From Paraspadella gotoi (taxonomy: Eukaryota > Animalia > Chaetognatha), in contig CM119269.1 of assembly GCA_051294375.1 (NCBI GenBank), forward strand, positions 8,505,619-8,569,618: a DNA stretch of 64,000 bases, written 5' to 3'. Shown here in pieces: positions 26,211 through 38,014 of this stretch; position 1 is the first letter of the stretch; every line of letters begins with the position of its first letter. Position numbers and translations under genes: made by a program. The notes under the pieces were generated by a model. It made no database searches. It worked only from the letters and a program-made list of their open reading frames with translations, and had not been told where the DNA came from.

Positions 26211-26640
26211 TATTAAAATTAAATGTTAAGAGATAGTGGTTGGACATATTAAAATTAAAATAAACTTTTTCTTAGAAATAGTGCCGAAAAAGTTTATATT
26301 TTCCTCACGTTTCTTTGTCGTCTTTTTTTACGCCTTTTTTTTTTTGATTAATTTGTTTGTTGCGTTTACATGTATTAACAATTTGGTCTTAGTTCAATGA
26401 CTAATCGTTTTCGGAAAAAAATCCCGAAAAACTTAGACGAGGCCTTTTTTTAAACTAAAATTATATTACAAACGTTCTTTAACTTTCACTTCTTTCAGTT
26501 CTTTCAGTTTCCCGAAAATTTTCAAATTTCATCTGTTTGTAGTGTACATATTAATTTTTGTTTCTTTTATGCCATTATATCTTTCTTTTTATTGTCGATA
26601 AGTTTTTTGTTTTAACTTTCGTGTACGCGGAAACGTCAAA

Positions 26641-26641
26641 A

Positions 26642-26700
<59 letters not shown>

Positions 26701-26781
26701 GATGATTAAAATTCGATCTGACGGATTTCGTGATGTCATCAACTCGAAACATTTGTAGCTATGGAACAGATGAGAAAGATC

Positions 26782-26817
<36 letters not shown>

Positions 26818-26925
26818 GATCGATGATGATGATGATGATTGATGATGAGATAAGAAAATGATTATGATTATGATGATGATGATGATAATAATAAGGATGG
26901 TGATGATAATGAAGAAAATGATATG

Positions 26926-26975
<50 letters not shown>

Positions 26976-27000
26976 TTGATGATGATGATGATGATGATGA
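26641..27000. repeat. (GAC)n and (GAT)n trinucleotide microsatellites
   Basis: Directly visible. Confidence 0.95.
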
Positions 27001-28337
27001 AGATGGTTGTTGTCGCCTTAAAAATGTCATAATGAATGAATACGATTAAAGCGACATTAGCAACCAAAATAACAACAACAACAACGACCACTACTCACCA
27101 CGCCATCTCTCAAGGCGGCGATTCTTGCGTCCATCACATCTTCGCCGACGCTGACGCCGTCGCGTCGAAGGCTCGGGAAGCGGACGGAGCGGAAGAGGTT
27201 ATGGCAGAAGCGGTAGAAGCGGAAGTGGTCGTAGCAAGAGCAGAGGAAGCGAAGGCGGAAGCGGTCAAGGCAGGAGCGGTAGAAGCGGAAGTGGTTGTAG
27301 CAGCGAGGAAGCGGAAGGAGCAGGAGCGGAGAAAGCGGAAGCGGTCGTAAGGATTAAAATAAAACAGCTGCAGCGGCGATTGAAGCAGCGACTGAGACGG
27401 GTTAGCAGCGGAGGGAAACGGTCAGTAAAGTGCGAAGGGGAATCGACGGCGGCGAAGTCGGTGATTTGATCCAATTCAGTAAAATAATAAGAAAAGATGA
27501 AGTTGGAAAGTTTTTGGAAATGACTAAATTCAGTACAGTATCGGAGTCGTGATGACCATTTTTCGATTTTGAGATGAAACTTGAACGAATTTTAAAGTTG
27601 AATTTCCGATTGCTTTAGTTTTGTTTTGTTTCTTTTAATCCGTAAAATATGTTAAAGTTTAAGGAGAAAGAATAATTCTAAAATCCTGAGGCAGAGAAAT
27701 CCATAGGCGATAGCGTTCACAGGGAAACGGAATTGGCGTTGTCGCTGATGTTGGCGTTGGCTGTTGGCGTTAAAGTTTCACTCGTGAAAAGTGACCGATT
27801 GGTAGACGCGATTTTGCAGCAAAGCTGACGTGGCGAGATGGGCGTTGACGTTACCAGTGGCGTGATAGGCGTTAGCCTGACCCCGTAGCGTCGTTTTGAT
27901 GATAAAATGAGAGGGAAGTGACGTGAATATCAGTGAAGTGACGTTAACTCTCGTCGTGAAATGAGCGAAATGAATATCTGAAGCGAATTAAATGAAAATT
28001 TAAATGAAAGAATTTTATGGTAAATTAAAAAAAGAAAAAAATACGGATTTATTTGATTTTTTTTTTATGCATGAATTTATTGATTTTGTGAATCACAGTT
28101 TTATGATTTTAGTCAAAATTCGACTCTGTTTTTTTTTTTAACTTCCGGAAAGTCGAGAAATAAATATTCGGTTTCAAAATTCGAGTAATAAAAGAATTTC
28201 ATTCATGAAAAAAAAAACTGAAGATCATTTTTAGAATTTCTTTTTTCTTTGGGGTATGGACTCTTTGATTTCTCTTTTTTTTCTTTTCTTTTTCTTTTTT
28301 TCTCACTTTTTTCTTTTCCCTCTTTCTCTCTTTCTTT

Positions 28338-28410
<73 letters not shown>

Positions 28411-28531
28411 CTCTCTCTCCACTGTGTATCCATCCCCGGATTTCTTCAGACTCAAATTTCTTCAAACTTCTTCGGATTTTCAGATTCTCTCAAATTATTT
28501 ACACGAAATCGCGATGATGTTGTAAAGTCGG

Positions 28532-28621
<90 letters not shown>

Positions 28622-29369
28622 TTCTTTTCGTTATAGTTATACATTAAATTACCGAAGTTTGAATACAGGAATTCTTGATTACTAATTCCAGGAACCTTTA
28701 CTCTTTCATCGTTAACATTCGTCCTTCAATATCGTCGTAGCTTAATTATTCGCCCTTCGCCGTTCGCCATTCACTTTCAGGATTCGCCCTTCGAATTCGT
28801 CGCTGGGATTCGTCCCTCCGAAAGACGAAAAAAAGTTCCGATCCCAAAATCAGAAGAAATAAAACTGAAACATTTTTTTTCTCAGTTTGACTTTTATGTC
28901 ACGTTTATGTGTGACGTTTATGTGTGAAAATCACTGATGCTCTTTTTTTTTCACGACGAAATTTCGAGGATGTGAATCGGTTTCGCTCTTCCAGATGTCG
29001 TCGTTGTTGTTATTTTTGTTGTTGTTGTTGTTGTCGTCGTTGTTGTCGTTTCGTGTTTTGTTTTTCTTCGGATGTTGTTTTTGTTTAGAATTGTTGTTCT
29101 AGTTCGCCCCGGTTAGCAGGTTCTGTTTTCGCTGTTGTCTTGAACGTTGTTGTTGATAGAATTGTTGTTGTTTTTGTTGTTATTAGTGTTGTTTCGTATC
29201 GAAGTAAAAAAAGAATAAATTTCGTTTCTTATTCTAAATTCGTCGCCCGAAAAAAATTTTTAAGACGAAAAGAAAATTTGGGTAAAGAAAAAAAAGGAGA
29301 AAATTTCGGAAAATCAAACTGACGACGTTTAAAGGCAAAGACGCCAAAAGTTCAGAGAGAGAGAGAGAA

Positions 29370-29446
<77 letters not shown>

Positions 29447-30412
29447 AAGACAGAAACAGAGCAAAACAAAGACAGAGACAGACAAACGGGCATGCAGACA
29501 GACATATAGACAGAAATACAGACAGACGGATAAACAAACAGACAAGACAGACGGAGTTATAAAAAGAGAAAGAACCAAGTTTTGAATTTTTAATTTTTAC
29601 GACTTTTAAACATTCGTGCTTTGTATATATTGTAACAATTTGTATATCGGTCCCACAGAATTTCCTTTAAAATTTATTAATTTATAGGACAAAGGGAATC
29701 TCAAATATTTTCACGATTTTTTCTTTTTTTTTTGGTTCACTCCCCCTCCGACTCCCTCCCAAAAAATTCTGATCAGTCATCTTGAATCACCATCTCGTTT
29801 GTCTGTCTGTTCGTCTCTCCCTCCGTCGGTCCAACTTAGGTTCATCTCGCTCATTACTCGTGTAACTTTGCTTCGATTTAATTAATAGTCGGCACAAAGG
29901 CAATGAACGACCATGTGCTCAACGAGCGTATATGTGTTTCACAGTTGCGCAGTCACGTGATCACCTGATCACATGAATCACGTGAACAACTTTCTCTAAT
30001 AATCGCCCATCTTTTATCTTAAATCTTATAGACGCTCTCCCTCTTCCTCTTCTTTCTACCCCTCTTCCCAACTCTCTTCATTTCTATGCCCATGCCGAAA
30101 AGCCCCAATGCCCAAATGCCCAAATGCCCATGCCTTCCCACTCTGACTCCCCCCTCCCATAATTCCAAAGCACACTCACCCCTCCTCCCCCTCCTCCTCT
30201 TCCTCCTCGGCCCCGAAAAACCGAAGCTAAAGAAGAAAAAAAATGTAGAGATAAGAAAAGGTTTTTCGATCTTCGATTCTTCGTCCAACAAAAACAAAAG
30301 GGAAAAGGGAGAATGAAAAAGAAATTAAGAGAAAGAAAAAAAGAATAAATGTAAAGAAAAAGATGAATCACGAGAAAAAAGAATAAAAAGGAAAGAAAGA
30401 AAAAGAAGGAAT

Positions 30413-31137
30413 TATAGCGTTCAGTCCGACTATTTATTTGGAAAATAATCGCCGCCCTCGCCAGGATTCGATTGGTAATCCTGAGCGCATTGCTAGTCTG
30501 GAAATTACAGCCAGAGGCGAACCAGACAACTGAAAAATCAAATTCCGAATTCTCCGCTATATATAACTTTTAAAAACAGATTCGAATCTTTGTTTTTACT
30601 CAGAAATAATCTGGTTTTCAATCAGAGGTCCTTCTCTGTTAAAAAACCTTTTATATTTGTTACAGATTTTGTTTACTTTTTGAATCTTTAACTGAATATT
30701 GTTCAGTCTTGATATTCACTCAAGATAAATCAAAGATCTTAAATTGTTAATGTCGATTTAATCTCTAAAATCGATTGCCTTGAATTAAATATTACTTTTA
30801 ATCACTCTCAACAATCTTTTGTTTTTATTAATCATCCAATGTATAAGTACATTATAAGACAGATGATTAAACTAAATTGAAGAGAATGAAATGAATCAAT
30901 TCAACAGTCGATGAAACAGTCTCTAAATCAAATCGAACTTTTTTAATCTGTGAAAGTAATCGGATAACAAATTTAAATCAATTAAAAGATTAATTCAATA
31001 ACGCCAAACCTTCCCTGCAACGCTACTACTGATCATGGTAATGATCCTCACAACGTCTTAGGGACCTCTGACGTTCATGACTTTGCCAGTACACGTTCGT
31101 CCCGCCTGTGGCTAGACTCAGTCAACCTGCCGCCACA
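30413..31137 (+). repeat. 5' LTR
   Basis: TATAGCGTTCAGTCCGAC...CTCAGTCAACCTGCCGCCACA, colinear with 37094-37799. Confidence 0.9.
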
Positions 31138-31148
31138 TGGTGAGCCAC
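31138..31148 (+). promoter_or_regulatory. Primer-binding site (tRNA-Arg-like)
   Basis: TGGTGAGCCAC directly after the LTR-terminal CA. It resembles the complement of the tRNA-Arg(ACG) 3' end (TGGCGAGCCA); the tRNA identity is tentative. Confidence 0.65.
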
Positions 31149-31649
31149 TTCGACGAAACAGACCGACCGACCGGAGCTTCGAAAAGGGGAACAGCGGAAA
31201 CAAACCTTCTCTGAGGTGAGATTGAAGGGAGAATTGAAATTGAGCTCAGCAGCCCAATCTGCTCAACGCTTCTTTTCCCATTCATTCCCAAAAACCCCTT
31301 ATATGCGACTCGATCGCCGGCGACATCATCGAGAACCGACAAGACATTTCGCTCTCCGGGACTCCGTTCCTCTCAACCGCGACGCCGAGGCCCCAGCTAG
31401 CAGATCCGTCTAGACTGCAACTAACGCGTTTGGATTCGGGCGAAGGCCGTTCACCTTTCTCCGATTATTCCCGGCGAGACTAATCAATTTCGAGCTTCCC
31501 GCGGCCGGAGCGTACCGAAAACTTCCGAAGGACGCCGTCAAATGGCGACCAAGCGGCGCTGGCCAGCCGCGATCTCCGCGACGAGCAATACAGAAACTCC
31601 GCGCCCGCGCTTCAGGCCGCGGCGACTCGCGCCCTCGAAAGGGCATCGA

Positions 31650-32450
31650 ATCGTACAGCCTGAGCTAACCCGACTTTCGACACAAAAGTAATATTGAAGT
31701 GTGGATCAACGGATTGGAAGCCGCTTATATCCGCGCCGGGCATCACGACGCCGCGAATACAAATTCGCGCATTTAGAAATCCAAAAAAGGGATCAATGCT
31801 GGCGCCAACTATAAAACTTATCTATTTGGCGACAGCTAAGAAGAATCACTGGACCGAGTTCATCGTGCCTATCTCAGGCGAAGAGTATGGTTTGACCAAG
31901 CGACAACCAGGCCGCCGTGCAACGTCGATGCATTCGATTTCGAGGGACTCAAACCCATCAGGAAAACTGGCTCAACTCGAGGGAAAGAACGAGGACCTCT
32001 CTCTCCTCGCGATGACATCAGAAAAGAAAAAAGTACTGAGACCTGCCAACGACATTTGCCGGCAATTGGAAGGGAAAGGCCGACGAGCTTTAAACGGCGA
32101 AAAAACTCTGTTCAACGTCGCCGACTCGACACTGTTGAAAAGCGACGGCAGTTTAAAACTCCGCCAATACGACATCTCTCGTCAGCCACGTCAATCAGAA
32201 ACAACAGGAAGAAGAGAAGAATCTGATTCTGAAAGAAAGAAGAAAACGATCAACCGCCGTCGATCGTCGCATCGGAAAAACGCGGGCCAGCCAACGCCGC
32301 CAAACGACAGCTTAGCCAAAACGAAAACAAAGACCGAAACTGACGACTCTCTGCGCGAAAACATATCGTTTGCGGCGACGACGCGTGGTCATGTGACCAG
32401 GATGTGCACGATTCGAAGAAAGACTCAAATGAAGAAAAAAGAGGGAAACT
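31650..32450 (+). pseudogene. gag: gag (frameshifted)
   Basis: W...LEAAYIRAGITT N-terminal motif (~31702-31750). An LCAKH..CGDDAWSC CHCC-type knuckle lies at ~32350-32400, recovered across a frameshift. Confidence 0.6.
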
Positions 32451-32499
32451 TCAAGGGGGACGGCGAAGTGACGCCCGCCGTCTTCCCATGATTCAACCC

Positions 32500-35400
32500 G
32501 TTCACCGGCCTCGAACGATTTAATTTACTATCCCGCGACGCCGGGAAATGGAGTTAAGTGGCTTGTAGATGGAGGTGGCCCTTACTCTCGATCATACCTC
32601 CGACGCCACAACAACGGCAGCAAAGGGCCCGACCATGAAATGAATACTTCATAGCAGCAAAATGGATCTTCAAATAGATTGTTATGGCACCATCGACAAA
32701 AGGTTCAATTGGGCAATCGAAAATCCGAACTATACACTTCGTGGTAGCGGATGTACAATTTATCCTTGGAGCGGCAACTTTCTAGCCGAAAAATTACTTG
32801 GCACCCAAATCACCGAACGGCTTATTGCTCGCCTCCGCGATCTCTCCACATAGCAAGCGTCAACTTCGAACGAACTACTAAACTCAACGTTAGCTTGTAG
32901 ATCGCAAGGGAGAACAATAGTTTACAAGCTTACTCGACCATTCCCATCTCTCTCACTCCAACTTTCGAGGTCAAGGAACTAAGACACGGGGTTACTCATT
33001 CAATCCCAACGGAAGGACGCCGCGTGTCAAGGCAAGAGCGCGCCGCCTAGAAGCCGAGAAGCTAGCGTAGCAAAGAGAGAACTAAAGAAAGAAAATGGTA
33101 TCTCTAGGAGTCGCCCAGATAGAGGCAAATCTGAATGGCGTCTCACTCCCTTGTCGCTCCGGACGGAGGATGGAGGTGTGCGGTGAATTACCGCCGCCTC
33201 AATGCGCAAACGATTGACGACAGATACCCGGTCAAAATTATTATCCGAATTCAACTCTACAGCTTGAGGAAAACAATTTTCTCCAAGATAGACTTACTCA
33301 GGGATATCATCAAATCGCCAGTGAACCCGGATGATATAAAAAAAAACCCGCGTAATAACAGCCATTCGGGCTCTATGTCTTCCTTCGATGTCATTTGGAC
33401 TTAAGAACGCTGGTCAATGATTTTCAGCGCCTTATGGACGCAGATCTTGGGGGACAATAACCCATACTTCGTCTATTTAGCGACATTCTTGTCGCGTCAT
33501 ATCAACCAACCAAGAACATATGGAGGATCTACAACGCGTTTTCAAGGCGTAGACCGAGAACGTTTGGTGGTAACACCAAAAATGTTTACTTCGGCCAAGA
33601 CTCGTTGGAGTCTTGGGCTTCTTTAGTGCGAGCAAGAAATGGAGTAAGACCTCTACCAAAGAGCGAGGTTCCAAACGTTAAAGGAGACCACGCGCCCAAA
33701 CATCGATCAAAGAGCTTCAGCGATTCTTGGGTAGTGATCAACTACACCGAAGATTTATACCCAACGTCCCCATCGATGCGACGCCACTTAGTTGAGCTCT
33801 TAAGCGCGGTAAAGCGCTCCCATCGCTGACCGTGGACAGAGGACGGTGAAAAGAGCCTTTAACCCAATCAGAAGGGTTAATCCTTCACGCTTGCACCACG
33901 GCATGGTCGCGGCTCGCTCTATCATAAAGGATCAGGCCACTGTCCGAGGGGGGGTACCGTACTCGGGATACACCACGTACTGTTATGAACAGACAGACTG
34001 ACCTCCGACCATGCGGTGGGATGCCGGTGCTCTGACAAGCGAGGTACGATGGAAGCGCAATGTTGGGCAACGCCCTTGGCAGACTTCTCCGCAAAAAGCT
34101 CTAGCCATAAAACCAAAATACTGTGGTCCGCCTCTGTATGCGACTGATGTGAGAATTAAGGACCTCGGCCGTCTCACCGCAGTACCGGGCTTTCCCCGCC
34201 CAACTGGTCCTGACGGAATGGCACGGGCGAATTCACCGGGATTCTTGGACGACGCCGTATCAAACCCCAGAGCTGCCGTTTCTCACGCCATCAGGACACA
34301 AAATCGGTGCCACATAACAATGATCGAAAACAGTCCTAAGCCGAGCTATCAGTTCAGTACCGCAGATAAGGTTTACCACGGTAGGCAGTTCGCCCAGTAC
34401 TTTTGTGAAAGGAAGAATTACGTTGGTAGCTGATGTCCTCTCTCGTCAGTGCAAACACACTTCAACATCAAGTCTTCGAGGCGACATCCACATCACACAA
34501 GCGCACTAGCTCAGAGCGAATTGGGAAAACCTATGCCTCTGAAAACCAGTCTCGATATACAATGATCTATCCGTACTCGGCCACTGACGCGCTGCGAACT
34601 CGATTTTCTCGCCATCTGTGCCAAGGAAAACGAAATTACAAGAATGTTCGGAGGCATCCCGAGACTCCCTGTAAGAAGGCTCTTACCTCATTCGTTGCCG
34701 ATCGATCGGACACTATGAGCAAAAAGAGCATGCCCTCCACGAATTCCACCGCGAAGAGAGAAAACGCGAGAACGGCGAAAAAACCGAGGAACGCAGCATC
34801 AGAACCTAGCCCTGTTTAAGTACAGATGTCGCAGAACGCCGTCGTATTATCATTCTCATTCATCTAAGTTATTTTTTTACTGGTCGTTACTGGCGATACA
34901 AATGCATACCGCCACCAAACAACTCGACCACCGTCGCGTGCATTTATCAGACGACTTCTCAGTTCGAGCGACACGAGATCACGGATGAGAGATTTGTCGA
35001 TAGAATCCGCGTTAGGACGTACAATTGACTCTTATTTAGTCGACGTCTTTCACACACGGCGCCCCACGGCCGTCATATTGTGCACAGCCAGCATGGCGGC
35101 GCCGCGAGTATTCAGCCACTCATTCCAGTGGGCCTAAGGCCATCCGGGAGTGAGGCAACGGCGTCCAAAGCCATAGCCTCTCCAAATTCGTTTGGACAGC
35201 AGAGCGACAAGACGTTAGGTCAAATGAGGCCCCGAGCGACCTGCAGTCGATATGGTGGTCAAAGGCAAGAGAGTGCACTCGCCATGTCATCCTGAATGAC
35301 GGCGAAATTTGTACCAAGTCCACGCCAAGCGATTCCCAGACAATAGAATTTCTGGGAGCTTCAGTACACAAATGCAGAGGTCAACCCACGTGTTCTATCT

Positions 35401-36230
35401 CACAGCGCAGTGTTAACATATTGTGGATAGATTCCTCTCGATGTCGCAAGCAAACGGCTTATCCCAATTCACGAGCAGTCCTTTAACGACTCCGAGCGAG
35501 CCCTAGGACGGCTTTAAGTTTAAAACCTCGCGCAGATAATAGCGTTTATCGTGAACTCCAGGCGGGTAAATAACGACCACGATCCGTGGTACCCGCAATT
35601 TAAATCAAAGCCTTAGTGGAAACGAGCTAATAGAACCAGCTTGGAGGACACCTTAAGCACTGCAAACAACGACATGTCGTAGTCCATTCCGCAGGCAAAA
35701 TGGACTGGTGGAGAGACCTTCACCGGTTAGAAGATTCTATAGGTGGGAAGAGAAAACAGAGAAATGGTGTGCGTGGGCGAAGCGTTGGCCGTTGGTGGAC
35801 CTGGTACGTGGGCGCGGATTCGAACAAGCTGTGGAGAGGAGGATGTGGAGCCTTCGAAGAGCGCAGAGCCTGGTCTTCGGCGAGGCGTGTGGCGTCCCGG
35901 ACTCTTTTGAGCGACTGCAAGACCAACGACACCATCCAATCAACAAGCGAAGAAACCTCTCAATTCGAATCGAAGTAGCCCGGCTACAATCCCAGCCAAC
36001 GGTCCGCCCACCGAAAACCCGCGATCCATCTCCCAGCGAATCTAAACTCAGCTAAGTTGTGGTTTATTCAACGAGCAGGCCATCCAAGCCCCGCTCATGC
36101 CTCCTTACGAAGGCCCATTCCGTGTTGTACATAGAAATGGTTTGAATTTAACTGTTGACATTCCGAGTTATCGGCAGGGAGACGGTAAACGTGGCACGAG
36201 TCAAACCCGCTTGGATCAGCGACGACGAGC
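32500..36230 (+). pseudogene. pol: pol polyprotein: aspartic protease, RT, RNase H, integrase (frameshifted)
   Basis: Protease WLVDGG..LSIIPP (~32559). RT PDGGWRCAVNYRRLNAQTIDDRYPV, IFSKIDL and a damaged VYL(D)DIL (~33471). RNase H end N.VADVLSR (~34420). Integrase HPGV..T (~35140) and GPY/F module PPYEGPFRVV (36097). Confidence 0.9.
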
Positions 36231-37086
36231 AGGAGATCGACGACCCAGGGTTGCCTCAAGAGAGAAGACCAGGTCGACACCAGGGAGCCAAGATGAGACA
36301 ACCCGCGCCAACAGATCGACAAACGGGCGATCAAGAAACCAACGGCGGCCGGTCCTCCGCCTCCTCCGTCCTCCTCCTCCTGCCCCGATCAACTTCCTCT
36401 TGACCCTCAAATCTTCCCCACCTTCCCGCCCCAGACCACCCCCCACCTCCCCCGTCTTTTTCGCTTCCAGCTTCCCTTTCCCTCCCCAGCGCCTTCACGC
36501 GAGACGCCTCGTCACCGAAGCAAAAAAAGAGAAAATGAACAACCAACAACAAGCACCGTCGAGAAAAAGGGAAATTGAGCCAACGTGTAGATTCTCGAGG
36601 CCTTACTGTCAGATGATTCTCTACGAAATTTGACCAAACGCAACTTATGCCGTGGTTTTGAAGAATTGATCCGTTCGTCAACCAAGGACAAAACAACAAC
36701 AAAAACGTCGACAGATAAAGAAAACAAAATTCCTTTAAATCCTAGTTAATCCTTGTCGAGGTCTTTTTATCCACATTCTCTCACATCATCATCCGCGGCA
36801 TTGACCTCCGATCAGTTAACAACCCCTTATTCCATTATTAGTACATTTTAGTAATTTTTTGTTTTGAAATTTAGTAATTTTGATTTTTTCGAATTTTAAA
36901 TTTTTGAAAATTTTTCGGCAGTCAAAGTCAGTCGATAAGTCAATTTTAATTTTTCCGCCCTTATTACGCCATGATTTTGTAACATATTTTAAAGCAAACA
37001 TACTAACAGCAGTGGCAGACACCATACTATTTTATTTTTTCATTATTTTTGATGAATTTTATAAAGACCTAGAATTAATTAATCAT

Positions 37087-37093
37087 GGGGGGA
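37087..37093 (+). promoter_or_regulatory. Polypurine tract
   Basis: GGGGGGA immediately before the 3' LTR. Confidence 0.7.
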
Positions 37094-37799
37094 TATAGCG
37101 TTCAGTCCGACTTATTTATTTGGAAATAAATCGCCCCTCGCCAGGATTCGATCCTGGAATCCGAGCGCTTGCTGTCTGGAAATTTACAGCCGAGCGACGC
37201 CAAGAAAACTGAAAATAAATTCGAATTCCCTATTTATAACCTTTAAAAACAGATTCGACATCTTTTGTTTTACTCAGAATTAATCTGTTTTCACAGAGGT
37301 CTCTCTGTTAAAACCTTTTATATTTGTTACAGATTTTGTTTACTTTTTGAATCTTTAACTGAATCAATTTTCAGTCTTGATATCCTAGTCAAGTAAATCA
37401 AGAATCTTAAATTGTTATTCGATTATCTCTAAAAATCGACTTTGCCTTGATAAATATTACTTTTTATCAACTTCACTAACAAAAAGTCTGTTTTTATTTA
37501 ATCACTCCAATGTAATAAGTACATATAAGAAAGATGAAATTAAAACTAAAAATAAGAGAATGAAATAATCAATTCAACCTCGATGAAACAAGTCTCTAAA
37601 TCAATCGACTTTTTAATCTGTGAAAGTAATCGATACAAATAATCAATTAAAAAGATTAAAATTCAATTAACGCCAAAACCCTTCCCTGCAACGCGCTACT
37701 TGATATGTAATGATCCTTCTCATCACGCTCTTAGGACTTCTTGGTTCAGTTGCCAGTCACTTCGGTCCCGCTGTGGCTAGACTCAGTCAACCTGCCACA
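37094..37799 (+). repeat. 3' LTR
   Basis: TATAGCGTTCAGTCCGAC...CTCAGTCAACCTGCCACA, a direct repeat of 30413-31137. Confidence 0.9.
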
Positions 37800-37960
37800 G
37801 ATTAAAGTAAAGTAAATAAACACATTAAAATGAGAAACGAATGTACAAGAAACTTTTTTAAAAAACTATATGTATTTGAACGAGAGATGAAAAAACTCCA
37901 ATTTGATAAAATAAAAAATGCATGAAAAAATCCAAGTGATTTCGTTCTGGGCGATCTCTA

Positions 37961-38014
<54 letters not shown>

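Larger units (their letters stand above)
30413..37799 (+). mobile_element. Full-length Ty3/Gypsy LTR retrotransposon (CsRN1-like), heavily frameshifted
   Basis: Two ~710-725 bp direct LTRs, a PBS, a PPT and PR-RT-RH-IN motif order. The gag end carries a CxxHxxxGxxAxxC knuckle. Flanks gaat/gatt suggest an imperfect 4-bp TSD. Confidence 0.92.

Noticed and set aside
27036-27350. AEAVEAEVVVA-repeat ORF
   Set aside because: Low-complexity GCGGAA-type repeat with no splice or homology support.
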